Part shown: piece by piece, positions 59,949 through 64,000 of the stretch
Layout: each line of letters begins with the position of its first letter
Numbering within the stretch: the stretch's first letter is position 1
Assembly (NCBI RefSeq): GCF_032191835.1
Contig: NC_083224.1
Location: 183,334,001 to 183,398,000 of the forward strand
Source: Heteronotia binoei
Lineage: Eukaryota
DNA length: 64,000 nucleotides
Direction of reading: 5' to 3'
Notes under the pieces: model-generated
Seen by the model: only the letters and a program-made list of their open reading frames with translations
Told to the model about the DNA's origin: nothing
Databases searched by the model: none
Made by a program: the position numbers and the translations under genes

Positions 59949-62187
59949 CGCAGCTGAAATTGTCCATAGTACCCTTTTTAAGACTGGATAGGGACCTACT
60001 CTGCAAGGTCTGTTACTGCCACAGGCACAATCCTGCTTACATTTTAAAGGTTTGAGGGATTTATTAAAATATTGTGCTTTCTCCCACCTGGTGACATTTT
60101 AACATGGGTTTAATTTCTGAAACGAGTGGGGAGTACATCAGAAACAGTGGATAGACTGCCATTTGCAAGAATTCTCGTATGGCTCTGGAGAGCATTGGCA
60201 AGAGAGAGCAGGGAACACAAGGGGACGGAGAACTTGGGGAAAGGTGGACATTCAAAGGATTATATGACTGAAGAGAATTTCTGGAACTTTTGAAGGCAGG
60301 GACTAAATTTTAGGGAGAAATTGAAATATATGTGGTAATATACTAAAAACCCATGCTGCTTTTAGTGATTTAACAACATACAGTGCATCGTTTGTAACCT
60401 AGGAGATAAAAATGTACTATCTGGCATATTTATGGAATTAAAGATATTAATGTGTCATAGAGAAAAATTGCAAATCTACCCAGGACTCGAGAGTTACAGT
60501 CTGACATTGCCTGACATACATTGGCACATGTATCTTAATTTTTGCCATCTGAGAGGTAGGGGAAAATAAGCTGAAGGTACTAAATAAATTCAGCAGTAAA
60601 CAAAACAGAGTGTATTATGATTTGTACATAAATATTCAGATACAGTCGCAATGGGTAGGACTAGCAACTTGTTTGGATATTGAACTTTATGACATTGAAA
60701 AAAATGAATTCTGTTATAAGTTATTATTACACAGATTGTAGGGTATTAATTATTGACAAAATCGTTGAGCAACGTAAAATCTTAAAAATATTGTAAATAT
60801 CTATGGTATACATATGAATTATGTAATGCTGTTCAGCTGCTTAAGTGGAAATCTCCACATTTTGAGTTAAATCTTGGCCTTCATTTCGCTCATTCTCAAA
60901 GAGGGGGGGAAATCAGTTTTTGCATTGTACCCACGCACGGTGCGTGGGAGTAGGCCAAGTAGGCAGCAGCCTTGGGCGTGATCTGGTCTAAGGGGTGCCA
61001 CCAGGTGTCCCGTCTCCCCCACATGCAACATGTGTGCTCCTTGGAGCCTGCCTTCCCCAGTGGAAAGCAGGCTCCATGACGCTCACACGCTGCCAGGCTG
61101 CTTTCGCTTCCCCTGAGTCTGTACAGACCTGGGGAATGCAAAAGTGGGCAGCGCCTGCACAGCACACTCCTTAGAGCCTTGCAGGCTCCAAGGACTGCAG
61201 TGCTCAGGCACTGCCCCACCACTTTCTCATTCACCAGGTTTGTGCTACAGACCTGGGGAATGCAAAGGCAGCCGCCACCTGCCCTGGCCCACTCCTACCA
61301 ACCCTAGGAAGGCTGAGTGGGGCAGTGGGGTGCTTCAGGAGTGGGTGCTCTTAGAGCCCGGCTCTAAGTGCACTCACTGCTGCCCTGACCCTGCTCAGCT
61401 TTCCCGAGATCCAGGAAGGCTGATCAGGACCATGGTGGCAGCAAGTACGCTTGGAGCTTGGCTCTGAATGTGCCTGCTGCTGTCTGGATGCTGCCCAGGC
61501 TTCCCGGGTCCCAGGAAGGCTGGGTGGGGTCAGGGGGGTGGTGCGGCATTGGGCGCGCTTGGAGCCAGGCTCTGAACACGTCTGCTGCAGCCATGAATGT
61601 GCTCAGCCCTCCTGGGACCGGGAAGGCTGAGCGAGGTCAGGGGGGCAGCAATGACAGCCAGTGTGCTCAGAGCCAATATCTGAGCAGCCCACTGCCACAG
61701 TTCCCCCCCACACACCCTACTGGAAGTCAGGGGTGGGGCTCTTCCTGGGGCAGCAGAACCCCCAGCGCCTGCACTAATTATATCAGACTTTTTCATCCTG
61801 TATAATTTGAGTGAGAAACTATCTTTATGGAAGAATTTTGGTGATTCTAAGAGAGAAAATATTTCATAGGAACATTTTTTTATCGATCCTCAATTTTCCA
61901 GTTTTTCTTTTAGAAAAAAATGGGGGGGGGGATTTGTCCAGAGAGAAAAAACATGCCCCACCCATTTTTCTCTTGGGCCATCACATCTCCACCAACGTGT
62001 ATGGAGCTAGTTTAATAGCTAGGAGGATGTCGTCAGTGGGGTGAATGGAGCTGAGATGTTTAGGAGGAGCAAAGTCAGGAAGGGGATGAAAGAGGTGATT
62101 GTGTGGAACTGGGAGGCTGTCGATGGGGAGGTGGCATGGGCTAATCAGGAAAGAGTGAACAAGAGGCAAGGGATGGGATGATGGATC

Positions 62188-62614
62188 TGTCAAGCATCAG
62201 TATTTCGAATGACCAAGCAATTGTTTGATACAAAAACTCGTTTTATTGATAATCCATTACTTGCTCCAAGGTGCGATACCTTGGAAGTGATACAAAATTT
62301 CACACGGTATAGACTCTTAAAGGCTACTTCAAAGGCATTGGAAAAGATAGCTTTAAAGCATAACATGCAGATGTAAATTGCAACAAAGGTTCAAAGGGTA
62401 CTATCAACTACCATTATGTTACTACAACTTCTCCCGGTTTCCAGACATTCCTGTTTTTCTGATAAGATGTATGGATGGGAACTGGTCGGGGGAGGCGCCT
62501 CGCTTCCAGCATCAACTTTGAAATGCAACTATGAGAGAGAAGAATTTAGAGGCAGAGAGGAAATGGCTTCCAGTCCATACATTGAGTCAATACCCAGAAA
62601 TATCATGCTTGACA
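62188..62614 (-). mobile_element. 3' LTR of a Ty3/Gypsy element
   Basis: 10-bp inverted termini TGTCAAGCAT...ATGCTTGACA; minus-strand AATAAA at ~62247; polypurine tract adjacent at 62615-62628. Confidence 0.85.
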
Positions 62615-62624
62615 TACTGCCCCC

Positions 62625-64000
62625 CCTAAGACTTTTTCCGGGGTTTATTCGGATTCAATTTGTAAAATTTCTTTAACTCTGCTGCTCGTACATTTGAAGC
62701 CTCCACCCATTCATCGTGGCTTGGTGGGAAATGTTTCTATCTGATTAAAAAATACAACACCCCTCTCTTTAACTTTGCATCTAAAATTTCTTTGACTTCA
62801 TAGTGACTCTGACTCCCAATCTGGATAGGTTGTGGAGCTTGTGGTCGAGGGTGCCAAGAAGTAGCTCCAGGATCCCGTCGTAGTATACTGCAATGAAAAA
62901 CAGGGTGGATTTTACTAAACATTTTTGGCAATTATAGTTCCACTGTTACTTTATTGATGACTCTCTTGATCTTGAACCGATCCAGGAATTTTTAGGCTAA
63001 CTTCCTGGAAGGTTGAGACATAAGTAAGTTCTTAGTTGAAAGGAAAATGTTTCCCCCACTTTAAAGTCCCACACTGCATCATGACTTTTGTCATAATGTC
63101 TCGTGTAAGTGTCTTTAGCCGCTTCCAAGTTCTCTTGTGTTATTTTCCATACCTTTCCCAAATTCCCCCACCAATGTTCAAATGAAGAGGGTAATGGGGG
63201 GGTAGTTCCTCCCAGTAATAGTGGAAAGGGCTTCCCTTCATAACCATTTACCACCCTGAAAGGAGAAGTTTTGGTGGAGCTATGCACACTATTGTTATAT
63301 CCATACTCCGCAAACGGTAACAGATCTACCCAGTTGGATTGTTGGTAATTTACGTAGCACCGTAAATACTGTTCTAGGAGCGCATTCACTCTTTCCGTTT
63401 GTCCGTCAGTCTGAGGGTGGTACGCGGAACTCAGACCCTGCTCCATACCTGTTAGTTTGCAAAATTCCCGCCAGAAGTTGGCAACGAACTGAGGCCCTCT
63501 GTCACTAATGACCTTGTCTGGGAATGAGTGTAGTTTAACCACATGCTGGAAAAATAAGTAGGCTAGCTTTTTTGCAGTAGGTAACTGGGCACATGGGATG
63601 AAGTGTGGCTATTTCGAAAAAGTGTCCACCACTATCAAAATCACTGTTTTTCCTTGTGATACTGGGAGTTCTACTATAAAGTCCATTGAGACCACTGACC
63701 ATGGCCGGTCTGCAGTTTCCAGCGGTTGTAACAGTCCCAGGTGTTTTCCTCCTCTTTTCTTAGCCATTATGCACACTGGACAAGTGGCCACATAATTTGA
63801 AATGTCTTTTTTCATGGATGGCTACCAAAATTGTTGATTCACCAGATGTAAGGTCTTTACATAGCCAAAATGCCCAGAAAGTTTGCTACAGTGACAAAAT
63901 TGTAATACCTCCTTCCGGAGGCTCTCTGGCGCATACAGTTTTCCTTCTCTGTACCAGAATCCTCCTTCTCCCTTAACGACCCCATCAGGTTTCTGATCTC
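62625..64000 (-). pseudogene. Decayed Ty3/Gypsy (chromovirus) pol: integrase plus chromodomain
   Basis: HHCC (CHCSKLSGH...CPVC), core SMDFIVELP / SDRGPQF / HPQTDGQTER, chromodomain YEVKEILD...EWV; several in-frame stops and a frameshift near 63040. Confidence 0.93.

Noticed and set aside
58560-60800. Additional MAP2K2 exons or a hidden gene in intron 1
   Set aside because: No ANLVDLQKKLEEL exon-2 sequence in any frame; the purine-skewed sequence looks like very decayed L1-like DNA, too weak to annotate
62625-64000. APOBEC-type G-to-A hypermutation of the Gypsy element (two TGG to TAG stops)
   Set aside because: Other stops look like C-to-T or other changes; too few events to separate from ordinary decay without a consensus

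Overview
Vertebrate (squamate reptile, probably a gecko judging by its SINE/MITE families) genomic DNA, not microbial. Three protein-coding genes can be rebuilt exon by exon with GT-AG junctions and consistent phases: SIRT6 (+ strand, 8 coding exons, 1053-8353, 355 aa), CREB3L3/CREBH (- strand, 9 coding exons, 33667-21585, about 460 aa) and the first coding exon of MAP2K2/MEK2 (+ strand, 57151-57248, inside a CpG island). This is the same order and orientation as human 19p13.3. The rest is very rich in mobile DNA: at least seven hAT-type MITE families (many with 8-bp TSDs, often nested), tRNA-derived SINEs (Squam3/MIR-like, tRNA-Ala-like, Sauria), 5S-rRNA-derived SINEs, L2/CR1/L1/BovB fragments, Penelope-like remnants, a young 5'-truncated RTE LINE with an uninterrupted 2.2-kb RT reading frame, and a decayed chromodomain Ty3/Gypsy element. 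I cannot support a new multi-gene system. The most unusual items are a 430-bp fold-back insertion with ~95-bp inverted ends and a 19-bp direct repeat beside the last CREB3L3 acceptor, a ~90-bp-stem hairpin that probably lies in the CREB3L3 3'UTR, and the intact RTE. Gene names come from remembered protein similarity and no database search was run. Repeat boundaries are read by eye and are approximate unless a TSD is quoted.
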